Below the pieces are notes generated by a model that was not told where the DNA came from, did no database searches, and saw nothing but the letters and a program-made list of their open reading frames with translations. The position numbers were made by a program, and so were the translations under genes. 64,000 nucleotides of DNA, taken from assembly GCA_048772705.1 (NCBI GenBank), contig JBLWGC010000002.1, forward strand, positions 1 through 64,000. The letters are read 5' to 3'. Positions 55,901 through 64,000 of the stretch are shown here, piece after piece. Position 1 is the first letter of the stretch. Each line of letters opens with the position of its first letter. The stretch comes from Leidyana gryllorum EB-2025a. Its lineage: Eukaryota > Protista > Apicomplexa.

Positions 55901-58900
55901 CTGGCAATCAAGTGGTCCGAGTTCTTCCAACGTTACAGTGCTGGAACTCCCAAGTTCTACGATGAGGTGATGGCGTCAGCTAACCACATTGCTGAGCCAC
56001 GCGCTGCCGACATTATGCGTGGAATGACTGCCCAGGAACGGAGGGAATACGTCACACAACAAGTCGTCATGACTGCCAAGCAGGTTCTTGGCTCCTCTAC
56101 ACCACCACCTCTGGACGCCCCACTCCAAGATCTGGGAGTTGACTCGCTCGGTGCTGTGGAGTTCCGCAACACGCTTTCGAGGAAACTCGGCGTCAAATTG
56201 TCAGCCACTGCTCTATTCGACTATCCTACCCTCAATGGCATTGTCCAACACGTGTGTGGCGTTGTCGAACGCGAGACGCCTGGAACCCCTGAAGCTCCTA
56301 TGAGGACTTTGAGGATCCAACAGCCCAGTACGCAGGCTCTGGCCGTCACGGGTATGTCTTGCCGGCTACCCGGAAACTCTGACGATCCCAACATGTTCTG
56401 GGACATGTTGTGCGCTGGCACCGACTGTATCGTGGACATCCCCATCTCCCGCTGGTCCGCCGATATGTACTACGACCCGGACCCCGATGCTCCTGGGAAG
56501 TGTTACGTGCGTCAAGGCGGTTTCGCTCATGATGTTGACGTCTTTGATGCCCAGTACTTCTCTATTGCTCCCACAGAGGCCAAATGTATGGATCCCCAAC
56601 AACGTATGATCATGACGGTTGCCGCGGAGGCCTTTGTGGATGCCGGCCTGACCAAGACCGATCTTCTGGACGCTAATGTGGGCTGCTTCATTGGCTGCTG
56701 TAATGCCGATTGGGTCTACATGTTCCCGATAGACTCCATCGTGGTTTTCAGTGGTACCGGTGGCGCGAGTTCGATCATTTCCAACCGTATCTCATATGTC
56801 TACGGACTGAAAGGTCCCTCACTTACGGTTGACACTGCGTGCTCGTCCACATTGGTGGCACTGGATATCTGCTACAAGAAGATGAGTTTGGGCGAGTGCG
56901 AACTGAGTCTTTGCGGAGGTGTCAATGTGATGCTGTCCCCGCTGCTGTTCGTGGCCTTCTGCAAGGCTCGAATGCTTAGTCGCGACTGCCGCTGCAAGTC
57001 TTTCGACGAACGGGCTGATGGTTATGTGAGAGGTGAAGGAGCTGGTGCTGTGGTTCTGAAGCCTATGGCTGATGCTGAGCGGGACGGCGACTTTGTCTGG
57101 GGCATTATCAAGGGTACATCGAGCAACCACGTTGGAAAGTCTGCCAGTTTGACGGCACCGAATGGACCTTCTCAAGCTCAAGCCTGCCGCGAAGCCTTGC
57201 ACTGGGCAGGGTTGCGGCCGAACGATGTCTCCTTTGTGGAAGCACACGGTACCGGAACATCTCTGGGTGATCCTATCGAGATGGGAGCGTTGAGGAGTGT
57301 GTACGGAGGCCGGGAATCGCCGCTGGTGATTGGTGCGTGCAAGACAAACATTGGTCATCTTGAAGGATCTTCGGGTGCTGCGGGTTTGATCAAAGCCATT
57401 TTGGTTTTGCACTATCGTCATGTGCCGCCAAATCTGCACTTCCAGAAGTTGAACCCTTACATTGAGGTTGAGGACTTTCCGGTGATCTTCCCGACTCAAA
57501 ACCAGCCATTGGTCCTCAATGGCGACCAACGAGCGGTCGGTGCTGTCAGTTCGTTTGGTTTTGGCGGTGCTAACTCCCACGTTGTGGTGATGGAAAGCCC
57601 TCCTTCTATGAGGACGCGCAAACTCCGGGAGGCTTCGAAACCGCTGGTTGCCTTCATGTTCACCGGTCAGGGCTCTCAGTTCGTGGAGATGGGTCGAGTG
57701 TTCTACGACAAAGAACCGGTCTTTAGGAATTCATTGGATAGAATCGCGGCAACGCTGAAAGATTTGGTGGACGAAGACATCCGGCAGATGATGTATCCCT
57801 CTCTGTACCCACCATCGAACCCCGAGTTACCGAATCTGATCGACCACACAAAGTACTCTCAACCGGTTGTGTTTGCACTTGAATTGGCGCTGGCTGATCT
57901 GTGGATTTCCAATGGAGTCACTCCGGACGTGGTGATGGGTCACTCTTTGGGAGAGTATGTGGCAGCTGTTATCAGCAAAGTGATGAGCCGAGAGGAGGCT
58001 TTGCGTTTGGTGGTGCGTCGCGCTCAGATTATGGCCAAAACTCCCGCTGGTGATGGTATAATGGTTGCGTGTCGCGCTACTGAGCAGGAAGTGTTGGATG
58101 GCATTGCCAAGGCGAAGAAAGAGGGTCACGCGATGGACGCCATTGCCATTGCGGCCATCAATGGACCAAAGAGTGTGGTGGTGAGTGGCAGTGAGCCACA
58201 GGTGGAGACTTGTCTGAATGCAATGGGTATTGCTGGAAAGGGGAAGAAGTTGGCTGTTAGTCACGCCTTCCACTCTCCAATGATGAATTGTACCATTGAA
58301 GAGTTCAGTCATGAAGTTGGGCGTCTCGACCTCAAGGAGCCGCAAGATGTGATGTTCGTTTCGACAGTGAGCGGGAAGGTGGAGTCTGAAGCTTTGACGA
58401 AACCCGATTACTGGAGTTCTCACATTACTCGTCCGGTGCGTTTCAACGATGCTCTGGTGCACATGACTGAGGTTGTGCAAGCCACACACCTTTGTGAATT
58501 GGGTCCTCGCCCTGTTTTGATGACAATGGGCCGACTCTGCGTCTCGCCTCACCGAGCTCTCCAGTGGTACCACGGATTGGCTGAGGTCACCAAGGGGGAC
58601 AGCAAGGAGTACGGCTACGAAGCTGTGTCGCGTCAGCTGTCTGACGCCTCGAACCCGGAACAGGCGTACAAGATCAAGTGGAACCCCAAACAAATGGTGT
58701 GGCAGCCGCCGATGCACGCGTTCTGTGCGTACAGTGTCAAAGAGGGAAGCCACAGTTGGGTATACCGGTGCCGTTTGCGGGACGAGTTGCGCAAATGGGT
58801 CAATGAGCACATTGTCAAAGCCACAGCGATGATTCCTGGTGTCGGTTTGACAGAGATGATGGCCTCAGCCCAAATGGCCACCCAGGGACCCTGGGACAGC

Positions 58901-61900
58901 GGTGACATTCAAGTTTTGGAGAACATCGCTTTCGAGAAACCGTTTGTTGTCGAGGAGAACAATGTGCCGTCAGTCGTCTTGAAGATCGAAAGAGGCACCA
59001 TCACTATTTACTCTTCGGCTTCAGAGGGTGACGAAGATCTGCAGGAACTCTGCAGTTCGCGGAAAGGACCCGTCTTGAAACCCGAGGAACTGGCAGCAAT
59101 GGCCACGTTGGAGGGTGTCAAAGAGCGCTGCACTTACGAGGCCGACTGTGGGCAAATGTACGAAGTTCTCAGTAACATTGGACTCCACTACGGTCCCCGA
59201 TTCCGCACCCTGAAGAAGGCGTGGATCGGTGAACAGGAGGCATACGGCGAGTTGGCCACTCCCTTCTGGGAGGAGTGGGAGAAAGGGTTCCGCGTTCTGC
59301 CTGGAATGTTGGACGGATGTCTCCATATGACGTCTCTCATCTTTGCCAAAGACAGCACAGAGCATCGCAGCGCGAAGGCTATGGTGCCTTTCAGCATTGG
59401 GCGGGTGTTTATGGGTTGTGTACCGCCGCAGTCGGCCCTGAAAGCTCACCTAAAGCTCGTCAGCCGTGAAGCGGGAAGCGCTGTGATTGACGCAATGTTC
59501 TTCGACAGCGAGAAGGAACAGTGCATCGCGTTCCTCCAAGGCATCACTCTGCGACAGATTGTGATAGAAGAGCGCGTTGACATCCCGAGAGATCTGTTGT
59601 GGGAGTCAAAGTGGGAAATCCGCGATTGGACTGTGCGAACAGAAGCTGCTGAAGGCGCCGGAGGTGAGTCTCCGGCTGCTGGCGTGGAGGGCGCCTCGCC
59701 GGACGTCGCCACTGCCGAGCGACAGATCATCCAAGTCTTCTGCGTCTCTGAACACAAAGATCAGTTCTCGCGGCTGTGGGAAGAGCAGTACCAAGCCGAC
59801 CCCTACGACGATCCGGTCAAAGCCAACAGAGAATTGGAAGTTGTGTGGATTTCGAGTATAACCGAATTGAGCCAAATGATGGGAGACTCGTCTCCTGAGG
59901 ATAAGCGTCGCCTCATAGTGCTGATGGACCCACTGAATGAGCGATTGGGTGAATGTGAGGTGCTGAACCAAATGTTGGCCTTTGCCCAACTGCTGCAAAC
60001 TCAAGCGCAGAAGAAACGCAGTGGCAAAGCTGAGCCCATTGTGATTCTCACCAACCACACCCAACTGACCTCCTACTCGGACACTCTCGTCAGTCCCCCG
60101 GTGCACTGCGGTGTTTGGGGTTTCTGGAGAAGTGCGAGATTAGAACTGCTGATGAGCGGTGTGAAGCATCGCGTGTCGACCATCGATTTGCCCTCGTTGG
60201 ATCTGCTGAGACGCTCACTGTATTACATTATCGGAAACAACATTGACGAACAGGAAGTCGCCCTGCGAATGGAACCGCTCCGCGTCAAAGAAACTTCGAA
60301 CGCGGCCAAAGATCCCGAACTCTCGCCGGTGGTCGGTGACTCCCCCTACGGCGGCGGTGCCGTACCGGCCTTCAGCCCGCTGCTGCCGCCTCCCCAGACG
60401 TCTCCGACGCCGGGCACAGCTAATCGCGGCTTAAACTCCCCAACGGCCGGACCTCCCCCCGATCCCGAGACGGTGAGCAACACGCCCATCGTGGTGACCA
60501 GTTACGTTTCCCGTCTCAATGGAGTGAAACATAACGTTGTGGGCAGTTTGGAGCTCCATATGACTGAACGCGGCGCCATCAGTAACCTGAAGCTTCGACC
60601 TTTGTCGGAAGCTGCACGTCTGAACCCGCCCAAAGGGTACATTGAAGTACGCGTCAGATCGATTGGTCTCAATTTCCGCGATGTACTGAACGTTATGGGA
60701 CTGTATCCGGGCGATCCGGGCCCGCCGGGATCTGATTTCGCCGGAACGATCGTCCGTGTGGGACCAGAAATTCAGCATCTGAAGGTCGGTGATCGCGTGT
60801 TTGGTATCGCACCGGGATGTTTGAAGACCTATGCCACCACCGATGCCCATCTGGTCGCCAAGATTCCCGATACAATGAGTTACGAAGCCGCGAGCGCTCT
60901 GCCGGTCGTCGCCACCACAGTCGAGTACGCCTTCCACGACTTGGCCAAAGTCAAGGCTGGGGATCGCGTACTGATCCACGCCATTACCGGTGGTGTTGGG
61001 CTCTGTGCCCTCGAGTACTGTAACCGTGTGGGAGCCATTGCCATTGGTACCGCGGGTTCGGAAGCGAAGGTTGCGTATGCTAAAGAAATGGGTGCCGCGT
61101 TTGTCACCAGCAGTCGCGACCCGGCGGTGTTTGAGTCGGAGCTCAAAGCGTACCTCGGAGAGCACAAATTGGATGTCATTCTGAACTCTTTCATCGAAGA
61201 TTACATTCCGAAGAGTCTGGAACTGTTGGGCACAGGCGGTCGCTTTATGGAGCTCGGGAAACGTGGCATACTGAGTCGCGAGGAAATGGCTGCCCTGCGG
61301 CCCGATGTGTACTACGAGACCATTGCCGTTGACCAAATGATGGAAGACGACCGGGAATGGTTCAACCACATTCTGAATAGAGTGGCCGATCGAGTCGCTC
61401 GCAAAGAGATCGCGGGACCTCCCCTGCATATCTTCCCGGTGGCCCATCCCACCCACGGAGGTATTGCAGCGTTCCGATTCTTACAGCGCGCACGTCACAT
61501 TGGCAAAGTATTGGTCAAAATTACCAGCGCGTTGGAACTGCCCAAAGCCGATTCCGAGGTGGCAGCTGCTGCCGAGAACCGCGTTGAGGGGAGCTCATTG
61601 CACCCGGAACAGTCTGAATACCGCAAGACATACATTGTGTCTGGTGGTTTGGGAAGTTTGGGTCTCGTTCTGTGCAAATGGCTCATCCACGAAGGCGCTC
61701 AGCACATTGTGTTGACCACACGTTCGGCGAGCGTACCGGCCCAAGTTGCAGAGTCGGCTGTTTGGCAGGAATTAAAGGCGTATCAGGGAGTCCGGATCGA
61801 AGTGATGCAATGCAATCTGATTGACATTGCTGATGTTGAAAGACTGATAGGAGCCGTAGAGGATCGCGGAATGCCTCGTGTGGGCGGTTTCTTCCATCTG

Positions 61901-64000
61901 GCCGGTGTTCTGGAGGATTTACCCATCGAGCAGCAGACCCCTGAAACCATCAAGAAGGTGTGGGATGCAAAAGTGAAGAGTGCGTGGAACTTCCACAATG
62001 CCTTTGAGACTCTGAACATCAAACCCGATCTGTTCGTTCTGTTCAGTTCGTTGGCGGCTTTCATTGGAAACTTCAAACAGACCAATTACAGTGCGGCAAA
62101 CTGTGCCTTGGATCAGCTCGCACTCTACCGTCGGGCAAACCAGCTAAGTGCACAGTCGGTCCAATGGGGTCCGTGGACTGAACAGGGAATGGCTGTCAAT
62201 CTGAACAGTATATTGGAGAAGGCCGGCCTCAAAGGTATCACGAACGACATTGGTATGAGGGTTCTGAGCGACACTCTGACACACCTCACCAACACGCCTG
62301 TTGTTTGTTGCCAGCAGTTCCGCTGGCGTACATTCCTACAGCGATACGACGTCCCGCCGGCCTTTTTCTCCGCGGCAGTGCGGGCGGCGAAGACTGGCGG
62401 CAAAGAGGTCAGCGCCAAAGTGGCTTCGATGACGCCGGAACAGCGTCGTGCCTATGTACAGCAGTGTGTCATTGACACGGCAGTGGCTGTATTGGGTCGA
62501 TCAGATCTCCCACCGCTGGACGCACCTCTTCAGGATTTGGGTATTGACTCTTTGGGCGCTGTGGAGTTCAGAAACTCTCTCCAGAACAAGTTGGGTATCA
62601 AACTGGCTGCCACGGCCATGTTTGATTATCCCACGCTCCAGGCGCTGGGAGAACACATCTTCTCTTTGGTGGAAGAACAGATCGCTCAGATGCAGGGCGA
62701 AGCTCAGACTGTGGCTGACGCGTTCGACTTGGGCCCGGGAGGACATTTGGAGATGGCCAGTGGTGCTGCAATCACCGGTATTGGCCTGCGTCTCCCCGGA
62801 GACGCCAATGACCCGGAAAGCTTCTGGGACATGTTGATAAACGGTCGACACGGAATGATTGACGTCCCGCTGGACAGATTCGATGTGCAGTGGTTCTACG
62901 ATAAGACGGACAGCGCTCCGAGTTCAATGGTTGTCCGACAAAGCGCCTTCATTCGTCACGCCACCTACTTTGACCATCAGTTCTTCAACCTCTCGCCCGC
63001 CGAGACCGTCAGTATGGATCCTCAACAACGTGTTATGCTCGCCACCGCCTACGCTGCCCTCCATACCGCCGGGCACACCAAAGAGACGCTGCCTGGGAAG
63101 TCTATCGCGTGTTACATTGGATGCTGTAACTTTGATTGGCACTATGTCAGTCAGTTCAGCAAGTCGCCTTTCGCTGGTACCGGAGGGTCCGGATCGATTG
63201 TCAGTAACCGTATCAGTTTCACTTACGGTCTGAAGGGTCCGAGTATCACTGTGGATACCGCCTGCAGTTCCTCGCTGGTGGCTCTCGATGCTGCAATGAT
63301 CAAATTGCGCGCGGGTGTGTGCAGTGAGGCTCTGGTGGGAGGTGTCAACCTGATGATCTCTCCTCATCTCTTCGCCACCTTTGGCCGCGCCCGAATGCTC
63401 GCGCTCGACTCCAAGTGCAAAACGTTCGACGCTCGGGCCGACGGTTACGTCAGAGGCGAAGGAAGCGGAGCCGTTGTCCTCCAACCCCTGGAAGAAGCTC
63501 GTCGGGAAAACAAGTTCATCTACGCCATTGTTCGAGGCTCTGCTGTCAACCACGACGGCCGTAGCGCCAGTCTGACTGCTCCTAACGGCCCCGCCCAACA
63601 GGAAGTCATCAAGGCTGCCCTCCGTGAAAGTGCCGTCAAACCCGCCGACGTGTGCTATGTGGAAGCCCACGGCACTGGAACTCCTTTGGGAGATCCCATT
63701 GAGGCCGGTGGACTGAAGGCAGTGTACTCTGCTCGTGACCAACGATTCCCGCTGGTGGTGGGCGCCCTCAAAACAAACATTGGACATCTCGAAGGATCAG
63801 CCGGTATCGCGGCCCTCATCAAGGTGGTACTGTGTCTCCAGCACAAGGAAGTCCCGAAGAATCTGCACTTCGAGCAGCTCAATCCCCACATTGACATCGA
63901 AAACTTCCCGGTGGTCTTCCCGGCGCAGGCCACTGCGCTCAGTAGCCGCCGTGCGTGCATCGCCGGTGTCTCTGCCTTTGGGTTCGGAGGTGCCAACGCC
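46934..64000 (+). CDS. modular type I FAS/PKS (CpFAS1-like): AL-ACP-[KS-AT-DH-ER-KR-ACP]x2-KS..., continues beyond window
   Basis: Same frame from the ATG at 46934 to VSAFGFGGANA at the window end. FAAL FLQFTSGST..PKG; ACP GxDS at 49370, 56135, 62540; KS DTACSS at 50078, 56831, 63254; DH HxxxGxxxxP; ER HAITGGVG; KR GGLGxLG and NYSAAN. Confidence 0.97.
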   Translation, partial: MVESRTPDRVEAESPPAVPLSNVSPLANVPRRGYSSEMTAVFRKWNCNPFAFALDRWSREIRNEEMAAWVGSDGYVNQSLSYGEVHMQVRKVAAYLRSEGIEREDRVVLCFTPGLDFIVAFLACVCSGYVAVPVYPPTPAKAQFEVPRFCDIIETSESKLILTHTTYYRVSRLVSAITSDRRWRGLKWLNIGDASSAVSPTTALAFQFPRLQPNSVAFLQFTSGSTSRPKGVVVTHGSLLHNVHAAVAAFSFDTYYETPNEELLALKQYQLIDFDQFWDLRHAISKRVYGHRIRTFSWLPVYHDMGLIGFTCAPFIFGGHCYQMSPIDFIRRPHIWLEAMSRYTCCFCAAPNFAFEVVCRKMPEDVFKKLDLSKMCGFLSGAEPIRASTIRKFAEKFAPVGFRPGMYKPAFGLAENTLIVTGDLEPAEPPLIIAVKSRTLQQQGQVEILAQEKLDITQPSTLVDLGDPRSFITYVGCGRPCRTMDVRIVDPNSMTEVPPGRQGEVWVDGDSVARGYFNMPELTEQMFYASFKTYADKKQTEEKYMRTGDAGFFYDGQLFVTGRLKDLIIVRGRNYYPQDIEEALEAIGDLRPGNIAVFCVTEDGEEVEEIGIAAEIRMEAEGLITGFFNKFRGTSQAQQERLQSVAKEILKKVSNQFGLSVRTVWLLKPKSIPKTSSGKIRRAPTKEMLCGSGDQVAVDVLFTYNARERAGDSMTSPLRPASPVPEPTEPSPSPDQPSLPAEIAAETAASNLVTREVIIDGQTFVEPSLAANTNFQVHEQYTHRVKEAVEECVRSVIGYESMPDLDAPLYELGVDSMVAVQFAEAVGKDLELDIEPTLLFNYPTLNDIIDFLARELSSKEQEDFIPPVVAASPRNAVQGGSEVAIIGAACNLPGGSNSPEALWKLLIRSEDAIVEVPPSRWDIEELYDPDPDCENKMYVREGGFIADAEYFDAAAFRISPSEAHSMDPQQRGLLECSYEAFVDAGYSRERLQRSHTGVYVGCCSNEWAFVNRETDSTIGSYTATSTAASIISNRISYVFGLLGPSLTVDTACSSSLIAMHLASHDLLSNNCQAALVGGVNLMLAPQVFIAFCKARMMAPDARCKTFDSSANGYIRGEGFVSIVLKVMSRAVADRDSIMAVVKATALNHGGRAASLTAPNGPAQKAVVMAALRGANLSPSDVNYVEAHGTGTALGDPIEVNALKGVFAARRSTDNPLILGAIKTNIGHLEGAAGLAGLLKVVMCLQHGMVPPNLHFKHVNPHIDLKDFPVAIPTVGQLVELKPGLTYSKRAAGVSSFGFGGSNAHVIIEESDRSVVRTDRTRIDDEPVDVAFIFSGQGTQFLGMGRHFYDEEPVFKEALLEVERELDSYLPMPLTSVLYPEGTTDINMSEAALDDMTYMEASIFAVQYSLARLWLSKGVTPDAVMGVGSGEMVAATIAGIFTLSDALKILAKKATIVSSVCAGERGAMVRVRASPDDIEMAIAEVGPETAGSVGVASVDAERSILLTGLRAEIELVLLSLGQANGRGVKYIRCDYPLQSPLFKSRVTEFGGLLTQGITMRQPKIKFVNRRGNFAGDEVTTASYWARHLTDTFYVGEGFKQLIAADCRVVVEVSPRPSYYQMAVQNVNFMSIDLHWVSAMATSATTVVNKNFSTVEDVRTLTESIELCREVAEEMKTRRDNSLAVKRTSKRLPFPWREIPHPLVSAKKQTNLRNGDVQFKTDLPPRALSLLSDHVVNGVTMFPGAGFLEMMIACGAELALTDPVSTAVVIDGMSIESPLILPTVNPGAFDFQKDKTELRTKKSVDSPKVYRTPRRSLLTDSSPRNDLPTDRQRRQIIEASADHREFHSIRDFQSGAAHYGSAGGASHQPSPFAELTAATAINAAVPPASMSPKPASAAMVTLEPIGDSQPVIVGPRAPSAPMSEAPRASAPLSVLCTVSPNKLVTVSSVNDEGDNGSTEIVHCVGQINTNGLAPAPNATNSIYEAWNRCNENVEVDQIYRKLREVGLHYGPRFRPIQEVRRGDNEAVARLMVVKTDSQNMLEFEKGFLIHPTLLDGAFQATGCLLEPLRGSSTALVPVSIRRSVMHTSKGMTECFVWANVDSVNDKSATVTVRMYAKCQGNESPIAILEGVVFKKMELRTHIQAEIPRELLWEVEWEEVKDMASNAPESSNPAAIANSEAQASHNDASSTMESLPLISPGAPIAAPNVNGLHLLICYHQMQAETLKSSCTSAHPTATFETMVLDKLTSVNVTLFENLLKTKKYDSLLYMASTDGTMEAVHALTQATELLKSYAAACTKESGTDKKRPTILFFTMNSVYTHKGVINVECPSPRELPQRSKIGLPEPVHAGIWGLVRTAKLEIELSTERYENIGCVDLDSTLPIESQIAYALAHEVGPDPELALRNGGNGEVLRHVSRLVQSAERVRGAVEITMRERGSLTNLSLRPLAFSARIAPTADQIEVRVRAVGLNFRDVLNVMGLYPGDPGPPGADFAGTVVAVGEDVEDLAVGDDVFGIAPGCLKSFVTTKRALVTTKPLELSFSEAASLPVVATTVLHSLRDLVDLRRGQKVLCHAITGGVGQLVVQYCRLVGAEVYGTASQAKRDYAVGLGCRAVAESRDAAVFLKEMTEALKGEKFDVIVNSFVGDYIDNSFALLKDDGYFIELGKRDIRPVEVVKESHPKVKYHIVAIDDMIDNDPETFGHLLNSVRDAVDTDRLTPLPVTCFPVTENDEQAQEAFRHLQRARHLGKVVAEFPSALGQLCEGGYYVVTGGLGALGLVVASWLIEEGAKHVLLVSRRGVPRPEDTLAAIQLQWLKSLPGVNVECAACDLSEYDQVQAFLTEARRTRPIVGIIHAAGVLDDGLLAQQNGEKMQNTYSAKVVGARNLHTALQTGHGSDLHHFVVFSSVASLFGNLGQANYSAANAALDALCEYRRALNLPAVSVQWGPWIEQGMASKFRAQLDKVGMKGITNELGLRVLADVMARAQKVRPVVGCLAIKWSEFFQRYSAGTPKFYDEVMASANHIAEPRAADIMRGMTAQERREYVTQQVVMTAKQVLGSSTPPPLDAPLQDLGVDSLGAVEFRNTLSRKLGVKLSATALFDYPTLNGIVQHVCGVVERETPGTPEAPMRTLRIQQPSTQALAVTGMSCRLPGNSDDPNMFWDMLCAGTDCIVDIPISRWSADMYYDPDPDAPGKCYVRQGGFAHDVDVFDAQYFSIAPTEAKCMDPQQRMIMTVAAEAFVDAGLTKTDLLDANVGCFIGCCNADWVYMFPIDSIVVFSGTGGASSIISNRISYVYGLKGPSLTVDTACSSTLVALDICYKKMSLGECELSLCGGVNVMLSPLLFVAFCKARMLSRDCRCKSFDERADGYVRGEGAGAVVLKPMADAERDGDFVWGIIKGTSSNHVGKSASLTAPNGPSQAQACREALHWAGLRPNDVSFVEAHGTGTSLGDPIEMGALRSVYGGRESPLVIGACKTNIGHLEGSSGAAGLIKAILVLHYRHVPPNLHFQKLNPYIEVEDFPVIFPTQNQPLVLNGDQRAVGAVSSFGFGGANSHVVVMESPPSMRTRKLREASKPLVAFMFTGQGSQFVEMGRVFYDKEPVFRNSLDRIAATLKDLVDEDIRQMMYPSLYPPSNPELPNLIDHTKYSQPVVFALELALADLWISNGVTPDVVMGHSLGEYVAAVISKVMSREEALRLVVRRAQIMAKTPAGDGIMVACRATEQEVLDGIAKAKKEGHAMDAIAIAAINGPKSVVVSGSEPQVETCLNAMGIAGKGKKLAVSHAFHSPMMNCTIEEFSHEVGRLDLKEPQDVMFVSTVSGKVESEALTKPDYWSSHITRPVRFNDALVHMTEVVQATHLCELGPRPVLMTMGRLCVSPHRALQWYHGLAEVTKGDSKEYGYEAVSRQLSDASNPEQAYKIKWNPKQMVWQPPMHAFCAYSVKEGSHSWVYRCRLRDELRKWVNEHIVKATAMIPGVGLTEMMASAQMATQGPWDSGDIQVLENIAFEKPFVVEENNVPSVVLKIERGTITIYSSASEGDEDLQELCSSRKGPVLKPEELAAMATLEGVKERCTYEADCGQMYEVLSNIGLHYGPRFRTLKKAWIGEQEAYGELATPFWEEWEKGFRVLPGMLDGCLHMTSLIFAKDSTEHRSAKAMVPFSIGRVFMGCVPPQSALKAHLKLVSREAGSAVIDAMFFDSEKEQCIAFLQGITLRQIVIEERVDIPRDLLWESKWEIRDWTVRTEAAEGAGGESPAAGVEGASPDVATAERQIIQVFCVSEHKDQFSRLWEEQYQADPYDDPVKANRELEVVWISSITELSQMMGDSSPEDKRRLIVLMDPLNERLGECEVLNQMLAFAQLLQTQAQKKRSGKAEPIVILTNHTQLTSYSDTLVSPPVHCGVWGFWRSARLELLMSGVKHRVSTIDLPSLDLLRRSLYYIIGNNIDEQEVALRMEPLRVKETSNAAKDPELSPVVGDSPYGGGAVPAFSPLLPPPQTSPTPGTANRGLNSPTAGPPPDPETVSNTPIVVTSYVSRLNGVKHNVVGSLELHMTERGAISNLKLRPLSEAARLNPPKGYIEVRVRSIGLNFRDVLNVMGLYPGDPGPPGSDFAGTIVRVGPEIQHLKVGDRVFGIAPGCLKTYATTDAHLVAKIPDTMSYEAASALPVVATTVEYAFHDLAKVKAGDRVLIHAITGGVGLCALEYCNRVGAIAIGTAGSEAKVAYAKEMGAAFVTSSRDPAVFESELKAYLGEHKLDVILNSFIEDYIPKSLELLGTGGRFMELGKRGILSREEMAALRPDVYYETIAVDQMMEDDREWFNHILNRVADRVARKEIAGPPLHIFPVAHPTHGGIAAFRFLQRARHIGKVLVKITSALELPKADSEVAAAAENRVEGSSLHPEQSEYRKTYIVSGGLGSLGLVLCKWLIHEGAQHIVLTTRSASVPAQVAESAVWQELKAYQGVRIEVMQCNLIDIADVERLIGAVEDRGMPRVGGFFHLAGVLEDLPIEQQTPETIKKVWDAKVKSAWNFHNAFETLNIKPDLFVLFSSLAAFIGNFKQTNYSAANCALDQLALYRRANQLSAQSVQWGPWTEQGMAVNLNSILEKAGLKGITNDIGMRVLSDTLTHLTNTPVVCCQQFRWRTFLQRYDVPPAFFSAAVRAAKTGGKEVSAKVASMTPEQRRAYVQQCVIDTAVAVLGRSDLPPLDAPLQDLGIDSLGAVEFRNSLQNKLGIKLAATAMFDYPTLQALGEHIFSLVEEQIAQMQGEAQTVADAFDLGPGGHLEMASGAAITGIGLRLPGDANDPESFWDMLINGRHGMIDVPLDRFDVQWFYDKTDSAPSSMVVRQSAFIRHATYFDHQFFNLSPAETVSMDPQQRVMLATAYAALHTAGHTKETLPGKSIACYIGCCNFDWHYVSQFSKSPFAGTGGSGSIVSNRISFTYGLKGPSITVDTACSSSLVALDAAMIKLRAGVCSEALVGGVNLMISPHLFATFGRARMLALDSKCKTFDARADGYVRGEGSGAVVLQPLEEARRENKFIYAIVRGSAVNHDGRSASLTAPNGPAQQEVIKAALRESAVKPADVCYVEAHGTGTPLGDPIEAGGLKAVYSARDQRFPLVVGALKTNIGHLEGSAGIAALIKVVLCLQHKEVPKNLHFEQLNPHIDIENFPVVFPAQATALSSRRACIAGVSAFGFGGANA

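Noticed and set aside
47434-63996. Numerous antisense and off-frame ORFs up to 341 aa
   Set aside because: Shadows of the FAS/PKS coding frame

Overview
Eukaryotic, intron-containing DNA, most likely an apicomplexan of the gregarine type. This is inferred from a ROM4/5-like rhomboid, an EF-hand PPP pseudophosphatase, a Cryptosporidium FAS1-type megasynthase, mostly short GT-AG introns and an intact LTR retrotransposon. (1) 1-5.7 kb is a dense mixed-orientation array of about 25 tRNA genes and pseudogenes with internal duplications, plus two LTR-like inserts that share an invariant 46-nt core. (2) 5715-10763 is an intact single-ORF Ty3/gypsy element with identical 322-bp LTRs. It has a 19-nt primer-binding site (PBS) matching the tRNA-Pro in the same array, its gag starts inside the LTR, and it ends 20 bp upstream of a tRNA-Ala gene. 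This is the best candidate for an undescribed system: tRNA-gene-targeted retrotransposition. (3) 10.8-18.4 kb is a tandem family of four unrecognised, probably secreted proteins, with a diverged solo LTR. (4) 18.9-46.8 kb holds compact housekeeping genes: aldolase, centrin-3, H2A, rhomboid, two V-ATPase c subunits and a SET protein. Several other genes here look catalytically degenerate (OYE, PPP, ABCA, DEAH), and one centrin intron is long and structured. (5) 46934 to the window end is one uninterrupted ORF of more than 5,600 codons, missing from the ORF track. It encodes a modular type I FAS/PKS whose first AT domain lacks its catalytic residues. All calls are from reading the sequence by eye, and multi-exon boundaries are approximate.
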